Of a stretch of DNA of 64,000 bases, positions 34,680 through 49,004 are shown piece after piece. Position numbers and translations under genes: made by a program. Numbering within the stretch: the stretch's first letter is position 1; the number at the start of each line of letters is the position of its first letter. This stretch comes from the human T2T-CHM13v2.0 reference genome, Homo sapiens: the NCBI RefSeq assembly GCF_009914755.1, contig NC_060931.1; one strand, 5' to 3'. A model generated the notes under the pieces. That model was given only the letters and a program-made list of their open reading frames with translations. It was not told the origin of the DNA and made no database searches.

Positions 34680-34875
34680 AACAGCCTGGGTTTGGACTCA
34701 GAGCTTTCATCCTGGTTGTGCCACTTACTACTGGTGTAACTTTGTACATTCTAGGCCTCAGTTTCTTGTTCTGTAAATGGAACCAACACATGATTGTTTT
34801 GAAGCCTAAATTAAATAACATGAAAATGCGTAGCACAGAGTCCTCTGCACAGAGTAGAAACTCAGTTATTGTTAG
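34680..34875 (+). mobile_element. MIR
   Basis: 'gccacttactactggtgtaacttt...ggcctcagtttcttgttctgtaaatgg'. Confidence 0.7.
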
Positions 34876-34928
34876 CTCCATAAAGCAAATGCAGTTTGTG
34901 CCACTCATAAAGACAATTTTCTGCTTTC

Positions 34929-34930
<2 letters not shown>

Positions 34931-34962
<32 letters not shown>

Positions 34963-34972
34963 TGTGTGTGTG
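34931..34972. repeat. (TG)n microsatellite with one interruption
   Basis: Directly visible. Confidence 0.95.
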
Positions 34973-35541
34973 GCTATGGCACATGTGTCCTTGATGGAAT
35001 CAGTTGATGAATTATCTCTTATGTAACCAAAAGACTGAGAGGCAATGTGGTCAGCCTGCTCCGAAGGCCGGCATCTGATGCTTCATCAGCCTGTAGTCTG
35101 GTCACTATAACCTTGTTTCCAAAAAAGGTCTTATAACTGCTCCTCTTGGTTCATCTTTCCCTGGTCCTCAATAATAATAATAGTTATAATGATAATAATA
35201 GTGGTTGTTCCAATTTGAGTAGAAAGATACAATCCACAGGATACTTTGCATATGCTACAGTATGTAAATCTAACAATGAGCCTGAAGGAAAGATTATTAT
35301 CTCTCACTTCCTAGAGGAGAAAATTGAGGTACAGAGAGATTAAGTGTTTCAAGTTCCCAAAGCTACTATCAAACAACTGTCATGTTACCCTTTGGGTCCA
35401 AATTTGAGTCATTCTGGGCAAAACCTACAATGACAGCAGTTATATTCAATAACCTCATGTAACACACAATCCCTTTCCTTTTTCCACTGTCAAAAGTAGA
35501 TGAAATTAAAATTAGAAGTCATAATAAAAATTAAATGAAGT

Positions 35542-35840
35542 GGCCCGGCACGGTGGCTCACACCTGCAATCTTAGCACTTTGGGAGGCCGAGGCGGGTGG
35601 ATCACCTGAGGTCAGGAGCTCGAGACCAGCTTGGCCAACATGGTGAAACCCTATTTCTACTAAAAATACAAAAATTAGCTGGGCATGGTGGTACATGTCT
35701 GTAATCCTAGCTACCTGGGAGGCTGAATCACTTGAACCCAGGAGGCAGAGGTTGCAGTGAGCCAAGCTCACACCACTGCACTCCAGCCTGGGCAACAGAG
35801 TGAGACTCAGTCTCAAAATAAATAAATAAATAAATAAAAA
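35542..35840 (+). mobile_element. AluSx-type SINE
   Basis: Dimer with ~10-bp deletion at 'ggctgaatca'; (AAAT)n tail; TSD taaatgaagt / taaatgaaat. Confidence 0.93.
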
Positions 35841-37856
35841 TAAATGAAATGGTTTAAGACAATGCTATATCATTCTCTGCACAGAAACAAGACACTTTGT
35901 TGCCAAAACCGGAAGGTACCTGAATCACAGGTGAGGGAAATTCCCTACACAAGCTCAATCAGGCCTTATTGTCTGGGCCTCTGGCTTTTTAGCACTTCAT
36001 CAAAATACTCTTGTTCATCCCCTTTCTTTGTTTGGGAAACCTCTTCACAGTCTTGAAGAACCCAAGTCAATCATTATCTCTTCTATCGAGGCTTTCTCAG
36101 CGCCCCTAGAAAGGGGTAGAATTCCCTTCTGTGTGATGCCATGGTCTATGTGACCCTTGGAAGATGGGGTAGAGATTTATTTATTACTTTTTCCTGTGCC
36201 TCGCAATGGTGTAGGGTCCATGTACTCGACGTTTAATGGAGTTTCCTTTAGGAAACTGCCTTTTCCCCAAGGTCAGCCATATGATCTGATTAAAACTTAA
36301 CCACTCTCAGTTCCAGGGATAACCAGTTGTCTTTAAAAAAAAAAAAAAAAAAAAAATCAATGCATTCCATATCCAGCCACCATGTTGGATTCTGGAAGGG
36401 CAGATAGTTCAATTCAGGTCAACAAGACAGGGGGAGACATTTGCTTCTAGAAGGCTCCAGAAGTGATTGAAATTTGTTAGCTCTTCTGGGAGAGCAAATG
36501 GAAAAGATGGGCTCTCTTCCTCTAGAATCCCATCCCTCTTAGGTAACCACCTGGAGCTCTTCCAGGCACCTCAAACTCAACACCTACCAAGCAGAAGTCA
36601 CTACTTTCTACTTTGCTTCTCCCCCATCTTTCCTGGATTCATGGACAGCACTCAGACCACTCGTGCACCTGGAACCTTCTGGTTACCACAGGCTTCCCTC
36701 TTTCTGACCCCGTAACAATTCAGACAATAACTTGCCATTTTTTATTCCTAAACATTACTATAATTTCTCACCTTATTTTTTTAAATCTACACTTTATTTT
36801 TCCTCTTTTGGGCCCCTTCAGGTCTTGCCAAAACTATTTTAGAGCTTCCTGTCTGATTCCTTTTCTTTCAGCCTAACTCCATTCAATCAGACCTCAACAT
36901 TGCATCTAGGTTCAAGTCTGACTATAATCCGCTGCAGCTCAGAATGTTTCTGTGGGTCCCCATTAGATACGGGATAAATCTCAGCTCTCTGAAAATGATA
37001 TGCAATTCTCTCCATGATCTGGCCTCTCCTTACCCCTCCCCAACTCTACTCCCTAATAATCTACACTAAGCAATACTGAATATATACCATATTCTTTCTT
37101 GTCCCAATGTCTACACATGCTGAGTCCTCCCCTTAGTGCCTTCCCTCTCCTTGTCTATATGACTGACACTTTGTCTTTCTCCCCATATCAAGTCAAGTGC
37201 AATATTAGCTTCTCTATGAATCCTTTCTTGATGTGGCAGGCAAATGTAGGATCTCCTCCGGCCTATGTGTCCAGTGATTCCAACCTTGAGTAGCCTCAAG
37301 TTTTTCTGCCTACTAAAGTCACCTTTGGCTTATAGTCAATACTGCAGCCCTCCCTCATCAAACATCCTAAAATTCCCTGCAGAATGAACTGTCATTTGTA
37401 TTTCAACAATTGGGTCTATATCTGTTGTGGACAATCTTTTTACCATCTCTTCTCCTTATTGCTTTCATCAGTTGATTTTCCGGTTCTTCCCCTTCCTTTG
37501 GTAATGACATTGGTAGGTAAGGTACAGTCTTACCTTCCATCTCAACTCCTGTATTCATTTTTAGGAACTTCAGTGTCTGTGTGGATGACCCAGTTAAGCC
37601 TCTGTGTTCTTAATTTCTTTATCTTCTTGTTTCAAATAACTTTCCATCCTTCACTTTAACTTGTAACAATTTCAAGGTCACACTCTGGATCGAAGCCACT
37701 GCTGGAATTACAAATGCCTTACCCCACTCTCTAATCACAACCTTGTAGCCTTCTGGCTCAATTGCGTAAATAACACTGTACTCAGTCTTCACCTACACCC
37801 TTTATATTGATCTCCAAAGTACATGGAGCTTAGGAGCTGTAGAAGAAAATGTTCTC

Positions 37857-38163
<307 letters not shown>

Positions 38164-38934
38164 GAAGAATGCCCAAAATGTTTTAACTTAGAGAAAAAAG
38201 ACCTGTTTACAAAGTATGAAGGCAATTTATCGTATTCATTCCTGAAACCATTGTCTTCTAACATAAAGTCTTTTCTCTCTTCATTTTCTTCTATATCCAA
38301 TTTGGATAACACTACTCTGAGCTCCCTATCCATTCTCCCCCCTCATATGTGCTTTTACAAATCCAAAAATCTGGATGAATTTAAAAACTGCCACCATTGG
38401 GTCTGTACTCACAGGCCAGTATTACTGGAAAAAAATTACCTGGGCAGGCTGAAGTCTCTCCACACTAACCATCACCAGCTCCAAATGGGCTTTCTACCAT
38501 ACCATATGTTCTATTCAGTTCTAGGTGATCTGCCTCATTCATCTGCAACTATTTCACCTCTCTTCCTCTTCAAACCCCCAACCTTCCTCTTGCTACTGTA
38601 TTTTGAGCTTGCAACATGTACTTCTTTCTACTGAAAAAACCTGAAATCTTCAAAAGAGCTCTTCTTCATGGTAACACGACCAATTCTGAAGATCTATCAA
38701 CATCTTCTGGCAGTTTTTCTTTTCTCCACAGTTTCTACAGATAAACAGTTCTTCCTTTCTTGAAGGCCCGCATGCCGCATTTGAGATCTAGACCCCTGCC
38801 CCGTCACCTGAACAAGTCCTTCTCTCTTTTAATGCCTCCTTCTTTTTCCTTATACCTCTCCACTGTATCTTTATGATTACCCTACTGGATCATGTTCTGC
38901 AGTACTGAGATAGCCTTTAATATTTCCCATCTTA

Positions 38935-39016
38935 GAAACAAAGAAGAAAAAAAGAAAGAAAGAAAGAAAGAAAGAAAGAAAAGAAAGAAAGAAAGAAAGA
39001 AAGAAAGAAAAAGAAA
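38935..39016. repeat. (GAAA)n microsatellite
   Basis: Directly visible. Confidence 0.95.
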
Positions 39017-40204
39017 TATCTGTGGCTCAACAGAAGCTTCACCTATTGCCGCATTTCTCTCATCCCTTTTATCGCCAAAGGTCTTGAAACCTCATCTTGA
39101 TACCTCCTTCCATTCAGTTGTGAAATAGCCCTATTCTGAATTTTGCTCCTGACCACACTGATACTGTATATGAAAGATCAGTGGGACTCTCCAAATTAAA
39201 TGCATGTTTCCCAGTTTCCATCCTCCTTCACCTCCCAGCAGGATTGCACACCAGGGACAACTCTCTAGGGCTTCAACACATTCTCTCTTGGTTTATGGCG
39301 CATATTCCCAATTTTTCTCAGATCTCTATGGCTGATTTTTCTTTTTTTCTGAGTCTTCTAACTGTTTCTATCCCTTGAATGTTGGAGAAACTAAAATCTC
39401 CTTGGATCACAGGTATAGTTTGCACGTTCTCATATTTTTCAATCTGTCTCTCTCCCCATTCTCTAGGAGACTGCATTTGTTCCCCTTGACTTCCCCCTAC
39501 CATACCTATATTCTTGACTTCCACATTTATGCCCCTCTTAGAATATTATTATTAGATAATCCTATTGATTTAACTTCTAGAATAGGACTAGAATCTATTC
39601 TCATTTAGAGTAAATCACCATCACCTTTTACCTGACCACTGACATCATATTGCATTGTTTCCTCTGCTTCTTCTTTTGCCCCATTTTCACCCAATCTATT
39701 CTTCAAACGGCAGTGAGAGTGATCTTTGAAAAGAATAAATTGGTTTAGAGTCATTTAGCTCCTCGTTTATTTTATTTCAAATAAAATTTGTATTTCCTAC
39801 CTTGCCCTGTAAGGCCTCTTACATGTTCTGGCCCCTGTCCACTTTTCTAATCAGTTTGTGCCATTCTTGGGCACAAGCTACAGCCACACTGATCTTCAAA
39901 CACACCAAGCTTGGTGCAACCCAACGACTGCACACTGTTATACTCTTGGTCTGAAATGCTTTTCCCAACCCCTGCAGCATGGCACCCCCCTCTCAGTTTT
40001 CAGGTTCCAGAGTAAATATAACCTCTTTGGGCCATGACAACTCCTTTCTCTTTAAATCAGTATCACACCCACCTCATTATTCACCATTCTGATTCCGTGT
40101 TTGTTTCATTCTTAGCTTTTTCCTCCTTCCAATCACGTGCCTGTTCATTGCTTACTGTAGGTCTCCCACACTGGTACACATGCCTGCACAGTACACTCAG
40201 CTCT

Positions 40205-40810
40205 GAGCACAGTGGCAGTAAGTAGGGTCTAACAATTTACAGTCAAATCTTAGCTTTAGCATTTACTCCCTGTAGAAATTGAGTAAGGTTTTTATCATCT
40301 CAATGTCATAGTTTCCACATCTGTAAAATGAGAACGATCAAATGTAACCTTATTGGGGTAGTATGAAGATTAAGTAAAAGAAATATGTTTACAGCATTTA
40401 GAACAAGGGTTGGCACAGAGTAAATACTACTGTTACTACTATCTACTGCTATCACTTCTGATAATGATGATCATGATGATGATATTATTGGTAGTATTCA
40501 ATAAAATTGCTAAACAAGTGAATAAAGGTTTAGATTTATATTATTATTCAACCATGATGTGCCAGGGAACATGCTATTTGCTGTCACATATGCTCTATTT
40601 TTAAAATTATGTTCTGACAACAGCTTAATGAAACAGATAGCATTGTACCAATGAAAAGTTATTCAGACAATTTAAATGTATCCAGAATTAATGTATTAAT
40701 TATATTGTTATATCAAGAATATAATTTTCCTCAAAACACATAGCTCCAAAGTGATGGAACCAAAATTTGAAACCAATTTACCTCCAAGTCTGGTGCTACT
40801 TCCAATAATC
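40205..40810. mobile_element. Two tail-to-tail MIR relics separated by (TAC)/(GAT)-rich sequence
   Basis: 'agtttccacatctgtaaaatgag...tggcacagagtaa' (+), then 'tgtgccaggg...' (-). Confidence 0.55.
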
Positions 40811-41223
40811 TTCTGTTTATGAGCAGAGCCAACCTGTCTATAAGAACGACCTAGAATCTTTTAAAATAGAGATTCCTGGTGTCATACCTGGAAACTGAGG
40901 TTCTTTAAGTCTAATGTGGAATCCTGAACTCTGTGGCACTTTCAGAAGCATTTTGGTGCCTCTGAAGTGAAGTTAAAATGGAAATCACTGCCTCTGTCTG
41001 TGGTTCTATGGCTTTGCCCCTTGGCTCCACAGTGATGGTACAAACCCGTTCGGTGAGTCACAGAAGAAGCTAAAGAGGTCCTCTTGGAAGGCCTTCCACT
41101 TTCATAGTCACAACCTGAACTGCCACACTGGCCTGAATGTGGCTGAGGATGAGCTTGTGGCTGCTTCACCAAAACCCACCACCAGGGGCTGGAAAATACT
41201 ACAGTATCCCCACAGTGGTTTGT

Positions 41224-41496
41224 TTGTTATTATTATTATTTTTTCTAATTGTACTTTAAGTTCCAGGATACATGTGCAGAATGTGCAGGTTTGTTACATA
41301 GGTATACATGTGCCATGGTGGTTTGCTGCACCTATCAACCTGTCATTTAGGTTTTAAGCCCCGCATGCATTAGGTATTTGTCCTAATGCTCTCCCTCCCC
41401 TCACCCCCACCTCCCAACAGGACCCTGTGTGTGATGTGCCCCTCCCTGTGTCCACGTGTTCATTGTTCAACTCCCACTTATGAGTGAGAACATGTG
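41224..41496 (-). mobile_element. 5'-truncated L1PA7/8-like 3' end
   Basis: 'actttaagttccaggatacatgtgcagaatgtgcaggtttgttacataggt'; TSD core gtggtttgt 41215-41223 / 41497-41505. Confidence 0.9.
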
Positions 41497-42344
41497 GTGG
41501 TTTGTATTTTTATCTTAAATCTGAAGGTAAATCTAAAAGAAACTTCCAGAAAGACTTGGAAGAAATGGCTTTCTTTAAATTGCATAGGAAAACAGTGATA
41601 GACAGATCAATTTCCAATTGGTTCATTACGTTAATTTGTTAGACACCCCAGGAATATAGTTTGTTGGGGAAAGGTTTAGAAAACATGATCCAGAAGAGGC
41701 AGACAACCAAAACCATAGGGAAGTGTTTACAGAAAGCTCCATGTTCAACTAAATAGAGGATCAGATGTTACCACAAACTGCTCCACGTTTGAAAACTTCT
41801 TCCAAGGGCTCTGGCCAAGAAAAATAATTGACATCTTCTTGCAAACATGGGTAGTTCATAGTGTTGGCAATTAGGTACCTAATTTTTTTTTCATTTATCA
41901 TGCAGAGTTATCACTTCTCTCAAGCCAAGTAGTAACAGATTTGGCCACATTTCAATACAAATTTGGAAATGTTCAAAGAACATTGGGATTATAATCCCCA
42001 ATGGTCCTCTCAGCTTCTGCTCTTGCTTCTATGACCTAAATTATGAGCAGAAAAGAAAAAATAAAGTTTTTATCCTTAACTGTATGTAAATCCAGAGACG
42101 ATCCAGAGTGGGCTAGTGAAAACTTTTTCTAGAAATATAAGGTTTCCATGCAATTAGTTACTAAATCCTTTGGGAAAGAGTCAGACTAGACATGAGGGGA
42201 GGAAGAGCTCTCAGGCAAGGATTCAGGATCAGTGTCTGAGAGGAAAAAGGGAAACAGTGTTTGATGTTCAGACTTCTGTGCCCAGCAGGGTACACAACCC
42301 ATTGAAATGGCCTAGGGCTGCAGTGGGTAACATTTTCAGATTCT

Positions 42345-42737
42345 ATTTGTCTAAACAGTCTAGTCTGTGCTGCAGTAACAAACAACCCCCAAAACTCAAT
42401 GGCCTAAAATAAAAGTAGAAAATAAAGTTCTAGTTTTTCTTCATATTAGATGGCCAAAGCAGGTTGACAGTGACTCCTAGCTCAGGAACTCCAACTTATA
42501 CAGCCTCCATCTTAAAATATATTTCCCTGATGAACTCAGTAGAGGACAATAACATGATGTGCCTTGGACCAGCTCATAAATTATTCTACCCAGAAGTGAT
42601 GCATGTTATTTCCAACCACATTTAGTTCAAAGACCTTGTTACAGGGCCACCCCTATATTCAAGCATGCAGGAATTCTCCATGTACCTGAAGGTGAAGGAG
42701 AACTGGATATTAGCAAAAATTAGTAATGGATACCACA
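42345..42737 (-). mobile_element. Old MaLR LTR (MLT1J/K/L-like)
   Basis: 'tgctgcagtaacaaacaacccccaaaactcaatggcctaaaa...ccagaagtga...taccaca'. Confidence 0.65.
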
Positions 42738-43129
42738 TAGATCAAAAAGCTTAGTGTCTGGAAAGAAAATCCTGCTGGCATTCAAGGGAAAGTAAATGAA
42801 TAGGTTGGCCATTTGGAGGAGGAGGGATTGCCTGGCCTTTGTCCATAGCGCAGAGCAGAAGCTGTTTGCGTTAAATAAAATGGTGAAGGCACAGATACTT
42901 CAGCAGCAAGAGGCTCTTCTTCCAACCAATACAGAGTCTATGACTGTGCACAAATCCCTGTTGACGTGGAAGAGGCAGGAATGTGAAGGCCATGGCCTGA
43001 ACATGGGCAGTCAGGTGCAAGTTCTCTAAGGGGTGCCTTGAAGGGATTGAGTAGGGAGGGAAGAGTTCTAAAAATTACTGCAAAAATGAAGTTCTGGTAC
43101 TCTCATAATACTAAAGGCTGACATTGATT

Positions 43130-43880
43130 GATAAGTCAATGTCTATGTGGCTGCACCTTGTGGCCAAGGAAGTCAATGGCACAAACAGAGACTGGAAAAG
43201 CAGACAAGGGCCAGAACATGTAGAGGTCTTGCAGGCAAAGGTAGGAGAGACAAATTTTATTTGAAATGCTATGAGGAGCTGAATGACTCTTAACTAATTT
43301 ATGCTTTTAAAAGATCACTCTCACTGTTGTTTGAAGATGAATTGGGTGAAAATGAAGCAAAAGAAGAGATAGAAAAAGAATTATGATATTATGATAATGG
43401 TCAGGTAAAAGGTGATGTCAGTGTACTCTAAATGAAAGATAGTTTCTTGCACAAATTTGGAAATTAAATCAATAGGATTTGCTCATACAGTGGGTAAAGG
43501 AGGGGAGGGGAATGAAAGACGACTTCCAGGTTTCTGACTTGAGTAGCCAGAGAGGTAACGGTGTTGTTCCTCTGCAATGGGGAAAGATCAGTAGAAGCCT
43601 AGAGATTAGAAAACATCAGAAGTATAATTTTGAACATTAAACATGTAATGGTTATGATAAATTTAAGTAGGAATATTAAGTAAACAAGTGAATATCTAAG
43701 AATAATGCTCCAGTTAGTGCATAACTGAGGAAGCCAAGAACACCGAGACAGTATTGTCCTAAACATTTTAATTTATTTATTCAATATGTATTTACTGAGT
43801 GACAGAAATGTGCTGAATACTGGAAATAAAGAGGTAATAAACAAAAGGTTCTGGCTTTATGAACTTCACGTTCTAATGAC
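43130..43880 (-). mobile_element. L2 relics
   Basis: 'ttttaaaagatcactct', 'gacttccaggtttctgacttgag', terminal 'tttattcaatatgtatttactgag'. Confidence 0.7.
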
Positions 43881-43889
43881 TTTATGCAT

Positions 43890-44065
43890 ACCCTTTAACC
43901 ATCGGAAGCATCCCATGAGGATGGCGGTATTAACATTCCCAGTTTATCAATAGGGAAACCAAGGCATGAGGAGGTATGACACAGCTAATGAGAAGTGGGA
44001 GCTGGGATTTGAAGGTCCTCAGCATGACTCTAGAGCACAGGCTTTCAAACCCTGAGCTATGCTGC
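43890..44065 (-). mobile_element. MIR
   Basis: 'cccatgagg...agggaaaccaaggc...gagctgggatttgaa'. Confidence 0.65.
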
Positions 44066-44409
44066 CGCCACTGATGCCTGAGAAGGACAGTTATTCTTTT
44101 CTGTTCTCAACATATGAGATAACAGCACTTTGGAAAAGGAGGGTAAAAAATATAGGTTGAGTATTACTGTTAAGTCAGATGGGAAACACACGTAATCTCA
44201 GTGCCAAAAGTCCAAGTGAAATAACCTGAGGAGCCTCAAGGCTTCAAAGTTTCTCCTACCTCTGTCTATTCCTTGCAGAGATAGCTAACCTCCTTCCTCA
44301 GACTGTGAAGTGCAAGAGTCTGCTTATCCCAGGAAGACACAAATTGGGAGAACCTGGCTTCAGCCTCCAAGCTCATGTTAAGGCAGTGCAGGGAGCTAGC
44401 ACCCAATGG

Positions 44410-44605
44410 CAAATATTTGAATCCCACTCCAAGTATTAGTGCCCAGCATGCTGGGCAAGTCACACAGCCATTTTGAAACTTAGGTTTCTCATCTGTAAAA
44501 TAAGCACAAAAATCGTATTTTCCACACAGGTTTATGGAAGTTAAAAGTGATAATGGCTGTAAGTAGAGTCCTGGAACACAGCATGCCCCCAATAAATTAT
44601 TATCC
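44410..44605 (+). mobile_element. MIR
   Basis: 'tgggcaagtcac...tttctcatctgtaaaat...cctggaacacag'. Confidence 0.7.
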
Positions 44606-46981
44606 ATAGTGCCAAATGGGCCTAATACTCCTATTTACATAGGAGTTAATGGGGCGTTAGTAGGCACCAGTTTAAGGAATCCACAAGAGAAAGGATTATC
44701 TGTAGAATGGGCGGGTGATTACAGGATTATGCAGACTGCCTTGCCCCTTCTCTTTTGGCCAAGTAGAAAGTACTTATCCCGTTTTTCTCTCTAAAGTCTG
44801 CTTTGTCAGGCTTCTAGCATTCACTTTTGTTCTAATCACATTTTGTCTAATTAACATCAAATTCCAATTTATAATTAGTACAGAGAAAAACATCCACCAA
44901 GCAAAACTTCTCCTGATACCCAGTGGTGTGTGATTGAGGCGGGTATTTGCTGAGCCTGGGACGTGTCCTGCCAGCCCAAGGTTTAATCAAGGAATGTGGA
45001 ATCTCATATATATGCAACCAAGTTACCATGATTAAGAGAATTTTCCTTCAAAGGCTGTTGGTCCCCTGAAGGAAACATACCAAGCACTACCATAGAAGGA
45101 ATTCAGGACAATTTGCTCTCAGAGGGCTCAATTATTTCTAAATATATTTTCAAATAAATGAGACTTACTTAAACCATTTGTCACCATAGCAACGAAGCTG
45201 GCAGGATTGGTAGGAGTTTTTGCTTCTACCAACTGTGAAACATGCTTGTTGCTGGCAAGTCTATAGAAAAAAAGTCCTAGATTGAATAAGAAAAGCAATA
45301 AATTAATGGAGGCTAGCAGGAAATTAACAAATAAAAGAATGACAAGAGTATTTGCAAAGACATACAACCTTACTCTGAGAGTTAAATAAATAATAATAAC
45401 AATAAAAGTCCATCACAGAGCAACTCATTATGCTCCCAATTTGGTTAGCTTTTAAGTAAAATAACTTTCTTAAAATACAAATGCTTTTCTCTAATAATAG
45501 GTTCTAGCCTATATGGTGCCTAAAAAGCTGTAAGGCCTGAAGATCAAAAGACGTGAATTTTTTTCTTGGTTCTGATGCCAATTAGCACTGTGGATTGGGC
45601 AAAATATTTAGCTGGTTCCTTTTCTAATCAAGGAAAGGATATTGGGTCCTATTACTCACTTTAAAAAAATGAAGTAAACACTAACTTTTTAAACCTCTAT
45701 GTGGCCTTTAAAAATGCCTTTCCCTGCTCGCATAGTTGCAATTTACCTATGTACTATTTAAAGTTCTAGGAAATAATACATCAGGTGTTCAGAATCATGT
45801 ACACACTCACACGGGTGAGGCTGTCACTTCACACTTGTCCTTGTGGAGGTTCAAGCATACTAAAGAGGAGGGAAGATCGACCACTGTAAGGCATTTATGA
45901 AGAAGGCTAGAGGATGGATATTTACATTTATTGAGAAACTGTATTTATCGGCACTTGTATACATTGTCTCCTTTAATCCTTCCATTCTCATAGGGATTAC
46001 AGAGATGAAGACAGAGAAAGTTTCATCTATTTGCTCAATGTCCCACCACTAGCAAGTGGTGGAGCTGGAGCTTTAATTCATGTCTTCTTGACTCCAGAGT
46101 CTAGACCCACCAGGCTGCCCCTTTTTTGAAACCATCTGGTTCAAAGACATAAGGTAGTGGGAAAAGGCACTCTCACGAAGTCAAGATCTGAGCTTTTAAT
46201 TCTATCAATATCATCTACTAGCTGTCTGACCTCAAACAAGTCCATCCTGCCCTTGGGCTTTAATATCTTTATCTACAAGAGACTGGTTCAAATGCAGTGA
46301 CCACTTCTCAAGAGAGTGGGCAATGTCAGATGAAAGAGAATGAGAAAAGTGTTCCAAGCTAGAGGCAGAGGGTTAGAGTTTCAGACCCATTGTGGCCATG
46401 GGGAATTATTGCAGGGAGGCAGGGTGGGGACCATCTGTGGAAGAGCAGGTTCAGCCTTTTGAAAGCATGAGTTGGGTAGCACAGGTTTTGAAAAGGTTCT
46501 TTCAGCGTTCATAACTGGAAGTCAGATACTGACATAAAATAAGCTAGAAAAGAGCTTTCTGGCAACCAAAGCAAGGATTAGCTTGAAAGCAGCAGGCTGC
46601 ATTCAGCTGTCTCTGTATGTCTCTGCAGGTGAGTGACTTTCAACCAGACCTAGTGTCCAGACTTGAGAAAAGCAGAATCTACTGCAGAGGAGACCTTGCT
46701 TAAAGGTTGCAATACTATCTTTTATGAGGCTTCCTATTCAAATCACCTCCTACTGTATTTGTAAGGAAATTACATTTTCATTGGAATCACATCACTATCT
46801 TTTCTATCCACCCCAAAGGAATAGTCAGCTTCAGTGAAGGGAAGAAGACATACCCAGCCTTCATCTCACTTCTGGCAGGTTTTCATTTAGGTTTAGTAAC
46901 TTTATCAAACACAAACCCAGCCCTGGCTCCCTAATTTGTGAATTGGAAGATAAGTCTTAGATATATTTTTTGGGTATCATC

Positions 46982-47399
46982 TGTGTTAATCTGTTTTTGC
47001 ATTGCTATAAAGAAATACTTGAGGCTAGGTAATTTATAAAGAAAATACATCTATAAATTGGCTCACAGTTCTGCAGGCCTATCCAGGAAGCATGGTGCCA
47101 GCATTTGCTTGGCTTCTGGCGAGGCTTCAGGAAGCTTACAATTATGGTGGAGGGCAAAGGGAGAGCTGTTGTATCAGATGGCCAGAGTTGGAGCAAGAGA
47201 AAGAGCGAAAGTGCTACAATCTTTTCAACAGCCAAGTCTAGCATGACCTCATTTTCACTCATTATTGCAGGGAGGGCACCAAGCCATTCAAGAAGAATCC
47301 TCCTCCATGACCCAAAATGTCCCACTAGGCCCTACCTCCAACATTGGGGGTCACACCTCAACACAAGATTTGGAAGGGACACACATCCAAACCATATCA
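46982..47399 (-). mobile_element. MST (MaLR) solo LTR, MSTA/B-like
   Basis: TG...CA ends ('tgtgttaatctg'...'aaccatatca'); TSD tcatc / ttatc. Confidence 0.9.
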
Positions 47400-47634
47400 T
47401 TATCCCTCTGAGTACAAGTAGAAGAGGGAATTTCTGCTTTAAGAAAAATAATATAGTAGCAAGGTCACAGATCTGGAGTCAGCTAGGGCTGGGTTCAATC
47501 CTGACTGCCTCACTTACTAGTTGCATGACCTTAATAAATTATTTAATCACTGTAAACTTCATTCTTCTCCTCTGAATGAAGTTAGGGAAATTAAACTAAC
47601 AGTTGTTCAGTTTCCAAGGAGTTAGCATGGAGAT

Positions 47635-48052
47635 TGTATTCGTCTGTTCTTGCATTGCCATAAAGAAATATCTGAGACTGAGTCATTTATAAAGAAAAGA
47701 GGTTTAATTGGCTTGTGGTTCTGCATGCTGCATGGGATGCATGATGCTGGCATCTGCTTAGCTTCTGGGGATCCCTCAGGCAACTTACAATCATGGCAGA
47801 AGGTGAAGGAGAAGCAGGCACGTCACATGGCTGGAGCAGGAGCAAGAGGAGGGAGGTGCCACACACCTTTAAACAGCCAGATCTCACAAGAAGTCTCACT
47901 ATCAAACGAACAGCACCATAACGATGGTGCTAAACCATTCATGAGAAATCCACCCCCATGATTCAATCACGTTCTACCAGGCCCCACCTCCAACACTGGG
48001 GATTACATTTTGCTATGAGATCTGGGTGGGGAAATAGACCCAAATCACATTA
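47635..48052 (-). mobile_element. MST (MaLR) solo LTR, MSTA-like
   Basis: 'tgtattcgtctgttcttgcattgccataaagaaata'...'caaatcacatta'; TSD gagat / gaaat. Confidence 0.9.
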
Positions 48053-49004
48053 GAAATAAAAGGAAAAGACAAAGCAAAGAATCAAAAATGAGAAACTTCG
48101 TAAGAGCCTGCGGAATAAGACTCAAGGCACCATGGTATTTCAAGGCCGGAACACTAATGGTATTAGGAGCCTGGGTATCAAGAACTGTTCACTGTTATAG
48201 ATAAATTGGCAGGAACTGAGAGCCCAATCTCCAGCCAGCTGCAGAAGTTTTGGCAAGCTGGTGCAGTGACTCTTCACATTGTAACCAAATCACCAAGACA
48301 AAGGGGGAGAAAAAGAAGCCAATTCTCAGACTCTGAGAAGTAACAGCATCTAAAACAATTGCCTCAAATTCCATGATAATAAAAAGAGGACTATATGAAG
48401 GAGTTCAGGTGCATGGCGCTTTCTTTGTAACACTATTTCAAGGTGCATTCCAAGGGCTACAAAGGTGGGGAAGCTACACAAAGCCCTCCAATTCTTCTGT
48501 ATGTTCTTCCTTTTGCTTTCATGCCAAGGATTCTGGCAATGACACTCTCACTGCTCTGACCATGGCATTCACGCAAGCACCCTTTCACCTGAACCCAGGA
48601 AGAAGAAAGGCATTGTGAGTGATGCCTTTCTGAAAGTAGCAGAATTGAAATGAGCAGAAATGAGCAAAAGTAATTCTTCCCTCCATGGGAGGTGGCACTG
48701 TCGCGCACTCGTGCTTCCTGTGTTTGTGCTGGGCTAAGACACCACCAGTCTCCCTCCATGTCTATGGCACATTGTCCTCAGCACCTGTACTCTGTGCCTG
48801 GGTGGCAGAGGCATAGAGGTTCAGTGTCCTTCACATAAACCCAACCAGCAGTAAACCAGATGTATAACTGAGAAAGGAACTTGGAACAGTATCTGTGAAT
48901 AGCCATGGATTATTCTCTTCCCTATGGCTGTGCCTTATACTTGCATAGTTAATAACCATACATCTAGGCTATTTCCAAATGGTTTCTTTAAAAAAAAAGT
49001 ATTA

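Noticed and set aside
47105-47961. 156-aa and 103-aa ORFs, and the idea of a two-LTR provirus
   Set aside because: The ORFs are LTR-derived; the LTRs have separate TSDs and no internal MaLR sequence between them.
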